Shown: piece after piece, positions 50,319 through 62,799 of the stretch
Layout of the letters: the number at the start of each line of letters is the position of its first letter
Numbering within the stretch: the first letter of the stretch is position 1
NCBI GenBank assembly: GCA_030704615.1
Contig: CM060731.1
Location: 58,838,001 to 58,902,000, forward strand
Direction of reading: 5' to 3'
Length of the DNA stretch: 64,000 nt
From: Takakia lepidozioides
Lineage: Eukaryota; Plantae; Bryophyta
Made by a program: the position numbers and the translations under genes
Notes under the pieces: model-generated
What the model was told of the DNA's origin: nothing
Database searches by the model: none
The model's input: only the letters and a program-made list of their open reading frames with translations

Positions 50319-50569
50319 TAGCTGCAGTTGCAGAGGCGGCGCGGCCTGGCCGTTGGATAATGATGTTTGTTTTGCAGACTGCAGGCGTATCTTTGACGAT
50401 TCGATTTGGTTAATGACACATAGTCCACGAGGAGACACTTCCATCCCAGCCTTTCGAACCCAAGCAGTGCATCACCGCCGTTTCATCTTTTTTTGTCCCA
50501 TCTGCTTAGTCACCATCTTGCGCCCTTTCCATCTGCACTCTTCGCCCCTTTTCTGTGTCTCTGTTCTTC

Positions 50570-53500
50570 TTATGCTCCAACCCTGAGAGGGCGGGAAGTT
50601 CCTGCCCAGAGAAGAGACGTCGTCGCAAGCTCTGCAAGTTGTACTTCGGACAAAGGCCAATGCCGCATGGGAGGAAGCAGATGCATCTTCAGGGGGGTTG
50701 TTTTTCTATGAGCAGTGAGCACAAAAAAGCATGAGTAGAACCCCAAAAAAAGAATATTTTCGCATATTTAGGCAAATATTCCTAGGTTTTCTGACCATCC
50801 TAACCTAATTTTTGACCATCCGAGCCTGTTTTTCAGTGTTACAAGTGCACGATTTCCCCTCATCATAGAACAATCAAGTTAGGTTGGGATGCAAAGCTAG
50901 GTTCAGGATTTCCCCATAATTTGGGCGTCGGTGCCGACTTAGAGAGCATTTTTGCTCTTGCAAACGAGCTGGGGACAAACCCCATGAATAGGTGTTTCTT
51001 CTATAACCGCGGTCCAACCTGGCCTTGTGAAGACCGCAGGTTTTTATTATTATTATTATTATTATTGGAGAAGTCCGCACAGATTTCCGGGTGGGTTTTT
51101 GTTTTTTTTTTTTTTTTTTTTGGATTTCCGTTTTGCCCGCGCAAGTATAGGTGGTACCCTTTCTAATACCGTACATTTAATCATCTTTAGAGATATAACC
51201 TTGGTCCTTCAGCTTTGCTCGTATCTCGAGCCTATCCTGAATCTAGAATCTGGCTTCGGGTTTACTTCGGGTAGGTTCGAAAACTCTGCTCATAGCTCAT
51301 GGTTCATCTGTTCATGGCTCATGGAAAATACAGACCCCGTCTTCAGGGGGAGATGGTCATCGCGCAGCAGCAGACAACGCAGGCAATACAGCCCCCAGTG
51401 AGAGTTCCGTGCTATCGGGATGCGCGCAGCTAATCGATCACCGAACCCTCCCTCCTTTTTGTTGTGCAATTGTTATACTGTATGATATGACATTTGAATG
51501 CAGAAGATGTTTGCATGCCTAACTGGAAATGTGGAGGTGGTGGAGGGATCGCAAGAATCCGAAGAGCCGCAGGAAGAATCCGTGGAGCTAGCTGCAGAAC
51601 GCACACCCATCCGATCCACGAGCACATGTCTTCCTGACAGGCTTAGCCCTATGCGTTTCAAGGACGCGGCTTGGAAAGGCAAGTCTTTGAAGTTCAAAGC
51701 ACCAAAGAAAGACTCGCGTTTTGAACTCATGGAGAATCGCCAGCAGGGGACGTCGGCCCTTTCTCCAGCAAAGACGAAGAAGAAGTAGCCCGTCCTTGAA
51801 CTGGCTTCTGAACCGGACCAGCCCCCCCCCCCCCCCCCCCCCTCCCCAAAGAAGGAATCAAAGGGTGCAATGCAGATTCCAATGCAGCAGACACCGTCAC
51901 CTGCAAAAATCAAGAAGCAGAAAGCAATCAGGGGGAGGTGTTGGACAGTCTCTCCCGCAAAACCGATTCCACGAGCTGAAGCCTTGTTCCTGCTTGATTT
52001 CCAGACAGCTGATGTTGGGGGCGTCTTTGTTGCAGCGAAGGCAACGTGATCGCCCGATGTTTTCGAACCGTCAGCGAAGGAGGGTGCTGCTGCTCAACGT
52101 TCGCAGCAGGACTTCACCACCGTTGTGAAAGAACTTCAGAATACTGCAGGCCCGGAGGAGGCCTCTTGCAATGCAACAATGCCCGCACAGATTCCCCAGA
52201 CTACAACTGCATTTGGAGATGCTCCAGCTGCTCAGCCCTACCCGCCACTGCAGAAATGTCCTCCGAGGCATTCCAAAGTGCATCGCATACAAGTGTGTGG
52301 AGGAGACACACAGTAGTATTGGCAGAGTTCTAGGCAGCAGGGTATTCCAGCGGACTCTTCGAATTCCATTCTATCGCATGGTCTCCCTTCCCATCGTCAG
52401 GCAGGCTCTTCTAGGAGATGTGGATAAGCTCAAGTTTGCATTTCGAGAAGGGTATCGTCTAGGGTCGCCAGCCTTCTACGTTTCCATTGAGAATGAGGAC
52501 GGCGAAACTCGTGGACCCACTGCGGATAAATTGTCAGCATAGGATACCCACGGCAACTCGCAACGACGATTCAAGACAATGCTAAAGGGTGATCCAGACT
52601 TCGCCATGTGTCGAGCAAATTTTTTTTGTGTGGAACGGGAATCACCGACTTCTTGCCTAGTGGGAGTACATCAAGCAGAATCATGCCAACATATTGGCTG
52701 GCATTACATGGTGGAGTGTGTCATCCTCAAGGTAAAGGCGGCAGACTCCTCCCTGCTCAACAATGCCATGGTTGTCCTCAACTCGTAAGATTCTCATACC
52801 CTCCCATGCACATCCGAAATGCGGTGCCGCATTTCGGTTTCCAATCAGTTTTGTTTTCCGTGCTTCAGTGGACTGAATTGGAGAGTGTCCTTGCAAGGTC
52901 ACTGAAAAATGCGTACGTGCAATACCCACATGGCACATATGCTATACACAGGGTGAGGAAAATTGGTCTCACTGACCCCACACATGTTCGCCGAAATGCT
53001 GGAGCCCGAGCTCATTCAAAAAGACGTGGCAAAAACAAACCCGAACATGGTATCGCCTCACTATGGATGTGAATGGTGGAGGTGATATACGAAGTAAGTT
53101 GTCCTCCCCCATTTTCCTCTGCTCATCCTTCCCCAATTTCCAGTCATCTTTCCACATGGATCTATGTATGCTTCTGCATGTTTTTCTTGGCAGTCAAACA
53201 TCAAGCTGGATTTTGGCCCATGCCAAACGCTTCTTCATGGAAAGTGAGGGGCAGTTAAAAACATTGCAGTCATTGACTGAGCACTTGAAGGAAGCCGGGG
53301 TCAAGTCCAGAACCAAATACAAGTCAAAGCTTGTGAAGCTGGTGGCCATTGCAGATCCGGCTCTTGGAAAGGACTTAATCCCCGAGATTGCAAAACATTA
53401 TTCTCGGGCCATGCAGCCGACCATGCAGCTGGAGAAACTACATCACCTGTCAACGACATGTGTGGAGGCGAAAGAGAAGGTGAGGTTTCAATGCACTGAA

Positions 53501-54860
53501 GTTCCTTCCTAGCAATAGCCACTCTACTTCTTGCTCCTGACATTGGATCGGAAATTGCAGACACGGTGGCTATCGATCTAGAATGCATCGGAGAGTATAA
53601 GGACCATGTGGTCTTTTCCACTCGAAGTTTCCGACCCTGCAGTGGATGTCTGGCTCAACCGCATGACTTGGTGGTTCCAAGTAATTCAAGGTACTTCCAC
53701 CCAATTGCTTTGCTGGCATAAATTCTGTGAACGACTATGGGACAATGCATGTTCGAAATGCAGGTAATGACGAATGCGAAGGACCAAGTCATACTACATA
53801 CAAATTCGTTCGGCTTGTACGTGAAATGGGATGGAACATAGACATTGGAAGACTACGTGACATGTTTCACATGTGCGTACAAGGACAACCTCTTCGCCAG
53901 GGAGCTGCAGACAACAAGAAGGAGCATGGAGTTTACATATCAGGAGGGGGCGGGAAAATCAGCAATGCGAATTGTGTACAGGTGAAGCCCAGCTCCCGTT
54001 GTATGCAAAAGTTTGGATATGAGGTTTGCCTGGGAAATGCGGCACCGCATTTGTACTTTATGTTTTCGGTTGCACTCTGCGAATACATTGGTCATAACTT
54101 GTGCTCATGCATGTTGACTGTCTTGCAGGTATATGAAATATGTGCTACTTAAGACAGGGGCCCTGGCGCAAGAGCCCCCGTTCTTCATGGCTTGGACCGT
54201 GGCGGGCCCAAGCTGTGTCTACACACCAGAGATGCAGAAACAATGGCATGCCGCGCATCTCGTTGGATGCCCGTGGTACCTGGACATGTCTGACAGACTT
54301 GTTGACGAATCGGAGAAAGATCAGCACACGAAAGCGGAGGAGAAGAGAAGGGAAAGACGTGTCCCTGCTGGGCCTGAGTCGGCAAAAGACGCTGTTCTAT
54401 GGACCATCCAGAAAGACAACTTAGATGGCACAGAAGACGGTGGATGCAGCTATGCAGGCTCAACAGAAGGGGTCGAAGAAGAGGACTTGCCAGCAAGGAG
54501 CAGCAGTTGTGACACCCAAGAAGACAAAGAAATAGAAACAGAAAGAGCAGCAAGAGGGTGAAGAAGAGGACTCCGATGGAGACTTTGCAACCAGCCCACC
54601 CCCCGAAACGCAGTCAAAATCCCCTGCGCCCACCGTTGTCACCAAAGGGACGAGAACAGGCTTAGCAAAAAAAGGCGCTCTTCAATTCCCCGGGGGGGCA
54701 CCCTTTCGAGCCGGTGGAAATGAAGAGGCCGAAAGTGAAGCCTGTCGAACGGCTTTTACTCACCCATCTCTTCGCTATCCGAGGTGGAAACTCCAAGATA
54801 GAAAAGTTGGATATTTCTAAGCACTCAGCCCGCTCAGTACAATCAGTCATGACCTACAGC
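50570..54860 (+). pseudogene. Degenerate multi-exon cargo gene containing a ParB/Srx-like domain (~52350-52790)
   Basis: IPFYRMV....VRQAL..DVDKLK..F..GY.....AFYVS...FFVWNGNHRLLA (GxHR box); in-frame stops and frameshifts; acidic low-complexity flanks. Confidence 0.5.
50694..51338. mobile_element. Non-autonomous MULE-type MITE (645 bp) inserted in a cargo gene
   Basis: TIRs ggggttgtttttctatgagc and gctcatggaaaatacagacccc; 9-bp TSD atcttcagg (50685-50693) / gtcttcagg (51339-51347). Confidence 0.85.
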
Positions 54861-55369
54861 TAGTGAATCATGGTTGTGCTTTCCATTTGTATTCCTTCTT
54901 GTCATCATGTTATCAATTCAACTTATCTGATACTGAAGCATCAGATTGCTTCAGTATCTACTTAACTCCAATTAATCATGCATTCATTTCACAGCTTCAC
55001 TCATGTCTCTCTACACAGTGTGTTTGTATCGAATAAATATCGGATTATGATTTATCAGGTATCAGGCCAATGCCATGGTGACTCTAATCTGCCCTACAGT
55101 TTCACTACAACTTTGCATGTAACAAACATCTACTGTTCATCTCTCATCCTTCTTCGTGCTCTCGTTCTTGCTCTCCGCCTGATCTCCTCTCCTACATGAC
55201 CAAGAAACGCTCCCCGTGAAGTGTCCCTCTTTCCGTTGCCGCTCCCCTTATCTGACCGCAAGCTGTTCTAACCACCTAACTAATTAACCGTCATCCCTGT
55301 GTAACACGTTCCTTCTCTGCAGTGTCGTTCCCTCAGTCGTTCCCTGTCAATGATAACTGTTCCCCATGT

Positions 55370-55600
55370 ACTGTGTCAGGTTGTGTCAAGCTGTGCCGAG
55401 CTGTGACTGGTTGTGTAAGGCTGTGTCGGCTGTGTCAGGTTGTGACTGGCTGCGTTGGCTGTGACGGGCTGTGCGAAACTGTGGCGGCTGTGACTGGCTG
55501 TGGCGGGCTTGACTAGTTGTGACGGGCTGTGCGAAGCTGTGGCGAGCTGTGACGGGCTGTGTTGGGCTGTGGTCGGGCTGTGCTGGCTGGTAGGTGTGTT
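55370..55600. repeat. Degenerate 10-bp CTGTG-periodic tandem repeat
   Basis: Units such as ctgtgccgag ctgtgactgg ctgtgacggg ctgtgcgaag. Confidence 0.8.
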
Positions 55601-55769
55601 GTGTTGGGTGTGTAACCCCCTAAAGCCTGCTGCTGCCACCCCTAAGGCTCCTGTTGGTCTCAGTCTGCGCAAAAATTAAGGGTACCCCACAGAACCCGTA
55701 AAAGGTCTAAGTCCCAAGCAGCCCTCTAACAAAGCCATAAATAGGAGTTCAGTGTGTGAATGAGAGTTT

Positions 55770-56900
55770 CTTGGCGGCTTTGGATGGATGGCAGCCAAGT
55801 TGGCATACATCAAGACCATGGAGGGTATGAAGGGCAGAGCACTGAAGAAGGCGGCTGCCGAAGAGAGCCTTCCGACACCCCTGGGTTTTCGAAGATGGTC
55901 TCGTTCTTGAGAAGGTGTGTGCACGGAAGGATTGCAGGAGGGGTGGAAAAGCCACCGAGTGGTCTTGCGATATGATCATCTTGGATCTTCGGATGGAGAG
56001 CCTGTGGAAGGATTGCATGCTTTACCGTCTTGGAATAGGTACTCCGAGGACTTTGGGAAAAAAACAATCGGGCTTGCCCGCATGGTGTTGGACGACAGAG
56101 GCTGTGTTTGTTGTCCTTAGCGAGCAGAGGCAAAACACGGAGGCAGGAATTGCGAAGTGGACCCTCAAGAGTGTCATCCCAATTCTGAAAAAGAAGTGGA
56201 CGTGCATCAACACATTGGGCCTTCGGTCGGAAGGGAAGAAGGTAATTACGACATTGGCAATTTCCTTTCATTTTGTAAGCTGTTTTGATATGCGGTGGCG
56301 CATTCGAATTCTAATTGTTCCCCACTGTGTATGCAGACGAAGCAATTCGATGCATACTGCTTTGTGAAGAGAGACTCGACCTTGCTTTCCGGAGGATGGA
56401 TTGTTGGTTGACCCGAATTGCGACCCCATCGATTACGACGTCCTCTTCAACAATGTTCCCACGAAACTCCTCCCTCAGCCCCTCATTCAATGGATCCCCT
56501 GCGGTGTTCACGGACTCGGAGCCCTACCTTCATCCAGACAACTATGGAGGCATGCACTGACTTGGAGGGCAGAGTGCTGGACCTAATATGTTGAACATGT
56601 ATGCAGATTTTGGTACTATATTTGTTTCTGCGAATTCTCATTATGTTCAAATTCGCCATTTCTCAAGGGCCATGTTTTAATGAGTGGATGCCATTCTAAC
56701 AGGTGCCTCAATGTGGGCTGGGCGGTTTTCCGACCGCACCTCTTCGCCTACGAGGAGGACACATCCGTTTGGGGATCCCATCTGGAAGGGCTTCAACGGA
56801 ATGTGAAGGCTCCCATCGCAACCACAGATTCCTCGGAGGATTCGTTGGACTCGGAGGAAGAGACAGTGGACATATGCCGAGAGAAACCCGGAATATGAGT
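55770..56900 (+). pseudogene. Degenerate beta-class (N6A/N4C) DNA methyltransferase-like gene
   Basis: CDMIILDL(P)DG...LPSWN...GLARMVLDDRG (motif IV-VI-like, frameshift at ~55990), later FIQTTMEACTDLEGRVLDL (motif X-I-like, ~56529-56585) and RPHLFAYEED (motif II-like). Confidence 0.5.
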
Positions 56901-57609
56901 GAGTGCAAACATTGTAAGTTTGCAAAGCCTTCTGGGTGATTTTTTCTTACACGCATTTCTGGATTGTGGTTCTCATTGGTCTGGTGAGTGATTGTTATGT
57001 GCAAGATTCCAAGATCCGGGTCGAAACCAGTGGCGCCTACATTTCTTGCCACGTAGAATGTCCTGTTCTTTGCGAGGAATCGACTTCATGAATAGCCAGT
57101 GAAGGACTACTCTCCCTTCCTAGTTATGCAGCTAAACTTGCAAAGACAGGATTAGACGATGTGAGAATCCAGTTAAAGTAGAGCTGATTTTGGAGAGGGC
57201 TAGGGAGGACAGAAGGATGCGGAAATAGCTGGCAGCAACTGAGACAAGTAGACGAGTGCGGAAGTATGTATGTGATTCAGCGGAAGAGAGCGATGCAGAC
57301 AGGGAGGACGACGACCCAACGGAGGTGAGATGGTCAGTTCCGCAAAGGAAGATGGGATTTTCGAAAGCCCTGCCAACGACCAGTCCGCTAGACATGAAAA
57401 AGGCAATGAGGGGGTGGAAGGGGAGCAGGACAGTCAAGGACGGTAACGATAGTGATGATGATTCCAAGATTGGTAGAATTTTAAATACTCTTTGTATATT
57501 TACATTCTCTTCCAGAATATATAAAGGGAATTTCTCCACGCTGTTGATGGTTCCTTCTCCCATTGGCTTCTAAATGACACCATCTGTGAAACCACGTTCT
57601 TCCCAAAAC

Positions 57610-57865
57610 CGGAAATACGGCGCCGCATTTCCATGTCGGAACGGAAAAACGGAAATGTGACAACTGCAAATACATCGTTTTGGAAATGCGGCGAAATTTC
57701 GATGACGGATATGGAAATCCGGTGCCGCATTTCGAATTCAAAGTATGGAAATGCCATGTCAAGAAAGGAAATGTGGTACCGCATTTCCGTTACGACCAGA
57801 ACGGAGGAGTGGGAGTTGCCGGAAATCACTGCATGGAAAGAAATGAAATGGGTGCCGCATTTCCG
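57610..57865. repeat. Second, more degenerate cluster of the GGAAATGCGGYRCCGCATTTCC palindrome
   Basis: Copies near 57611, 57682, 57713, 57767 and 57845. Confidence 0.85.
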
Positions 57866-58204
57866 AGCCTTGGGCATGTACATGTTTCCGTTTACTCTAT
57901 ATGGATTTATCCTTGACCTCAGGACTCTGATATCGCTGACTTGATATATTCATGGGATAGACATTGGTAGAAATGAGATCACATTCTAAACAGTGGCCAA
58001 TAACAGCAGTTCATTGAATACAATGAAACACAGCACACAGAAGTAAGGGACAATGGGTTGTTTTATTGATCGAACACGGTGTCTCACATGAAGCAAGTCC
58101 AACCAAATCTAAGCCCTTCCGCCTTCTACATGGGGTCACCAAGTCGACGGAACTTAGATAGCCCTCAAAACGAGGTCAATAGTGACGCGGCACCTCCAGG
58201 TAAA

Positions 58205-58840
58205 CTACATTGTGGTCGTTCTGGTGCCCTTGGTGGAGCTGACGACAATGGCATGCCCATCAATGATACCACCAGCATACATTGACAAGGTCACTGTGGC
58301 CCTCATGTGCCCTTGCGACTCGTCTTCGGAACTCAGCCGAATGTCTCCATACACTGGAAGAGTGGAGTGAACTCCACGAATATAGTTTTCCCCCCGATGC
58401 GTCCTCAGTCCTCCCTGGTCCACTGGCACATTCCACCACCAACGCCAAGTTGAGGCCGTGCGTGATTTATCCGGCATCCCATTCCAGCTTGGTATATCGA
58501 GGTCAACAATTTGCAGCACCCACGGGCCGCATTGACCCTCGACCTCACCTCTCTCAAAGCGGTAATAGTCCTCCAAATACTCCATTGCGCGCAATGACTC
58601 CCGCTTGACTCCAGAAGCGTCAGTGAAAACAGAGAGCCAGATAATGATGTCTCCTGATTTGGGTTTGAACATCGCATAATCGTGGTCATGATAAGGGCAG
58701 TCAGCAGGATTGCGGCTGCAGGGCATCCTTGCAAAAGAGTAGAGGAGTACGCTGAAGGACAACAGCTCCTGGATGGAGGAGGCAGCAGCGCGATGGCATG
58801 AAGTAGAGAGGAAGGAGATGTCAATTTGTTTGCAAACACT
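58205..58840 (-). pseudogene. Unknown protein, paralog A
   Basis: SFARMPCSRNPADCPY...DYAMF...SGDIIIW...MEYLEDYYRFERGE; frameshift in the C-terminal part. Confidence 0.55.
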
Positions 58841-59061
58841 TCAATTCCTCACTTACACTCCAGGGCACATTTAAATTTCCCCTTACCGGAACCTGCACTG
58901 ATGAAGATTGGCTGGTCCATGAATGTAGTTGTTTCATTTTCGTTCCGTGCCATGCAAACTATGGGCCGTAAGTGCCAGGTGGGGATGGACTTCGGTGGCA
59001 GATGACAAACTATTCCCCGCGGTTCATCCACCACTGGTGTGATGAACACGTTACACGATGA

Positions 59062-59700
59062 TTGGTGGGTACGTGGGACCTAGATGCTCCATTAATGGAG
59101 CCCTCACCGCTCTTCCGCTTCTCATCATTTCAAAAATTAAATGGCTTCGTTGCTGTCTGCAAGGTCATTGTCATTGACAACAAACATGTCCTCAGGGCCT
59201 CCTTTGCAAGGATGTCGTGCTTGCAGAACCAGGATGACTGCCCTTATGGAGGCTTCGATTATGCAATGTATTCGGCCACATCTGGAGACATCGTTATCTG
59301 GCACCCAGTTTTCACAACAGATAGTGGGACGAATGTGGAAACGTTGTCAGCTTTTGAGTATATCCCAGGCCACTACGCCTTCGAGCGGGGTGACGATCTT
59401 GGTATGAGGAGTCTGTGGCTCCCGCGCATCCTTGATTCCGATTTTCCCAGCTACGACGGGCACCATGCAGAAGAATGCGCACTGTTATGCTGTGGGTGGA
59501 CTCCATCGGAGAGACGTATACTCCTGAACGAGTGCGCTCCTCTTCTTCATTGTATGGGGACATTTGCATTGGTGTGGAGGACGAAAAAATGAAGCTTTCC
59601 ATATTCGAATGGTGGTATGATTGAAGGCACACATTGTGGTGACCTCACAGGGGTGGTACAACGGCTTCACCCAGTTTACCTGGAGGAGCCCGATGACTCA
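59062..59700 (+). pseudogene. Unknown protein, paralog B, divergently oriented
   Basis: SFARMSCLQNQDDCPY...DYAMY...SGDIVIW...FEYIPGHYAFERGD. Confidence 0.55.
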
Positions 59701-60129
59701 TGAGCTAGTTTTCAGAGCAGTTGAAGTCCCGTTGACAACGTGACTTGTATTCAGAAGGCACAGTGCTATAGCTTTTGTGTTGCAACCATCAGCACACTAG
59801 ACGTGCTTCAAATGAAATTCCTGCGGATCAATAAAAACCCATTGTGTCCCTCTTTTTTGTTTTCTATTCTGTATCCATCGTTCCCACAATGCATCATTCC
59901 TCATTTCGTTTCGGATTGGGAGCGGGGGTGGATTTTGGAAGTGGCTGGTAGGCTGTAATGGGCGCCCATTGTACAAAGCAGTACCACCCTACCATTCCCA
60001 AAACATTGCCTTTCAACATGTAATTCTATAAAACATTGCCCAACCTCCTTCATCGGGAGGTCATTGTCCCCCTATGACCGTGACACCCTCAACCCTATTC
60101 TCGTGGACAATAATTTCCGTAAAAAAATC

Positions 60130-60210
60130 CTGCTCATTTTTTTTTCGACACTTACGACTCTGCTCATGGCTCATGCCACTCATGGCTCATGGCTCAAAAA
60201 TACGCAGCCC
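60130..60210. repeat. Right-hand MULE-type TIR end
   Basis: gctcatggctcatg...gctcaaaaatacgcagcccc resembles the right TIR at 51317-51338. Confidence 0.6.
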
Positions 60211-60239
60211 CATACACACGAATTGGAAGGTCAACGTAC

Positions 60240-62400
60240 ATGGAGTACAAAAAGCTCAGTAAAGAGGGCTGTTTGTCATCTTTCCACGGAAATCGTGGTG
60301 TCAAGCGGCCTCGACCAGGGACACTCCAGGCAGAGGGGAACATTATATCCATTATCAATGCCAATACTGACCTTATGCCTCACAAAACACTTTGCATTGG
60401 TGAGGGATGTCGGGATATTTTGAGAATTTTGCCACCCCAAATGAGTTGGAAGAGAATTCGAGAGGAGTCCAACGAGGTGACTTTTATTCGTTGTCCCATT
60501 TTCCTTTTTCAAAATACTGTGACTGAGTTTATTCTTGTTGATGCCATCATGCTTTCTTGTTTTTCCACTTTGTAGAATGGCAGTGGACGTTGACATTATT
60601 GGGGAGTTGGGTGCAGACAAACAGACTTCTCGGTTTGAAAGGAGTCTCGCAGCCAGCTGTAAGCCGTATACGGAATCGAATATTTCCTAACGTGGAGGTT
60701 CGAAAAATCGGAAGCACCTTTGCTAAGTGCATAGAATGCGAGATGTTGAAGGACTTGATCAAGAAGTCAACTAAGAGGAGTCCCGAATAGGTCGCAACAT
60801 AGCGGCGGCGCTTGATTTTACACTTGAGGCAATCAGATCATGCATAAGCCTGTGACCATACCTGGAGGAATGAGTCCGTTATGATTCCGGAGGAGTTCCT
60901 GTGTATTCACGATAAGATGGATCATCGGAAAACGGCTATTTCGAGGCTACAAACCACGAACAAGATGGTCTCAGGATGGGGTCAGTTGCCTGTCTCATTG
61001 ATAGGAATGGTTACGCACAGACACAGTGATGGGGCTTACGCTCAATTTACTCTTAAGTTCTGGAATGGCAATTCAAATTTCACAATTGGGTCGCTGGCTC
61101 GGTGCCTGCGCCAACTGGAAAAGCCTATATGCCGAGAATCCATGAATATTTTTGACACTGAAGTTCAAAATGATTTTTTTGAAACGCTCATGAGAGGTAA
61201 ATCGAGATGTTTGGAGGCTCTGAAAACCGGCAGGCCGCAAGATAAACGTGGTGCTCGACCACTTCCTAGACGACTTTATTTGTAGATGAACAACTCTTCC
61301 AATGACAATAAGAAATGAATGGATGCTTTGTATTCTATCCCTTCTCACTGCCAAAGATGTCTTTGAAGAGATCCAGCTTGGTTTTCTCATGGTCGGGCAC
61401 ACCCATGAGGATCTTGACGGATTCTTTAGCTATCTCTCGAAGAAGCTAAAGGACCGCAGCACCTACATTCTTCCAAATTTGATGAGATCATTCATGATCT
61501 CCCCAAGATATGCAATTCATTCCTCAAATTATTTAGGAGGTTCCTGACTTCAAGAAGTTTGTTAAGGGTTGTATTCTTGATAGAAATGAGGCTTTGGTCG
61601 GGATCTCAGATATGCACGTCTTTTGGTTTTTTAAGGATGCGGATAGCTGACCCGTTATGAAGTACAAGAAGTCAGCTACTGATTCGGAGTGGTTTCCTAT
61701 AAACTCCACCAGCGTTAGATGTGGAAGTCCAACCCTGATGGGATTCCCAATCTCCCTGGAGGAGACCCAGATGCCGTTCCAAGAAGACCGATATGGGGAG
61801 TCGAGGACGACTCCTCCGAAAAATAGTCATTCACAAAAAATGATATTAAGAAATACAGAGATTTTTGGACCAAAGGAATGTTGTTTGACGATTATTACCC
61901 GGGTGTAATGGAACAATACGACCAATACTGGGGAAATATTCTCGCTGAACTTGATAAGCCAATGCATGACATTCCGGATCGTATTCAGCTTCTTTAGGGA
62001 TTTTGGCCTAAAACAAATTGGTCCTCAAACCATCAGAGGGATGGCATCCAGCCACAGATACTGAAAGATATGGAAGATGAGGATGAAGTTCCAGAACCTT
62101 ACTGTGGCCTTAGGTTGCGAGCGTCCAATGATACCCTTGAATCCGTTCGAGGAATTAAAAAGGTTTTTTGTGCTCGTTTGCCCTCATGACCCAACGACGT
62201 GCCTGGTCTGGATGGGAATGGCAATTTCAGATGTCATCCGAGAAAGAGAGGATCCTAATTTTAAGAAAGTGAAGGTGGAGTGGTGGAGACCGAAGAAATG
62301 AGGAAATCCCTCAGACTTTGAGAGGTACAGGGACTGTTGGTCAAAAGTTTGGGAGTACAACCCGTCAGATCTTGCTCAGTGGTCCACGTGAACAATGTCG
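60240..62400 (+). mobile_element. Degenerate Sola1-like (DUF7869-type) DDD transposase
   Basis: FAKCIEC, HDKMDH.KT, LPRRLYL.MNNS..DNK, FEEIQLGFLMVGHTHEDLDGFFSYLSKKL; many stops and frameshifts. Confidence 0.75.
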
Positions 62401-62799
62401 GTTGGACAATGCCGCCACGAAAAAATATGACAAGAAATAGCACATCTACAAATATTCGTGTGGGGGATTCTGGCTTACAAAAAAGAGAGTGCCCCCCGCA
62501 AAAAAATGTTGGCACAACCCCTGGAGTCTTTCTTTTCCATCCGGTCTAAATGTTTTTTTCCAATGTCTCGTCATTGCGCCAATTCCAGTCCGTCTCTCAG
62601 TGCTTGCACTTGACTCAAGCCAAGTCTCCAACTGAGGTATCCCAAGAGGAACCTTACCCTATCATTATTGTCATACTTTTCAATTTGCCACTCCTTAACT
62701 TATACCTCTCATGTTCTCCTCTTTTTCCTGGACCTCTAAGCGAGTTGATGTCTACTAGCACAACGGTCTCCATGTTTGTTTTGTCCATTTCTAACTTAA

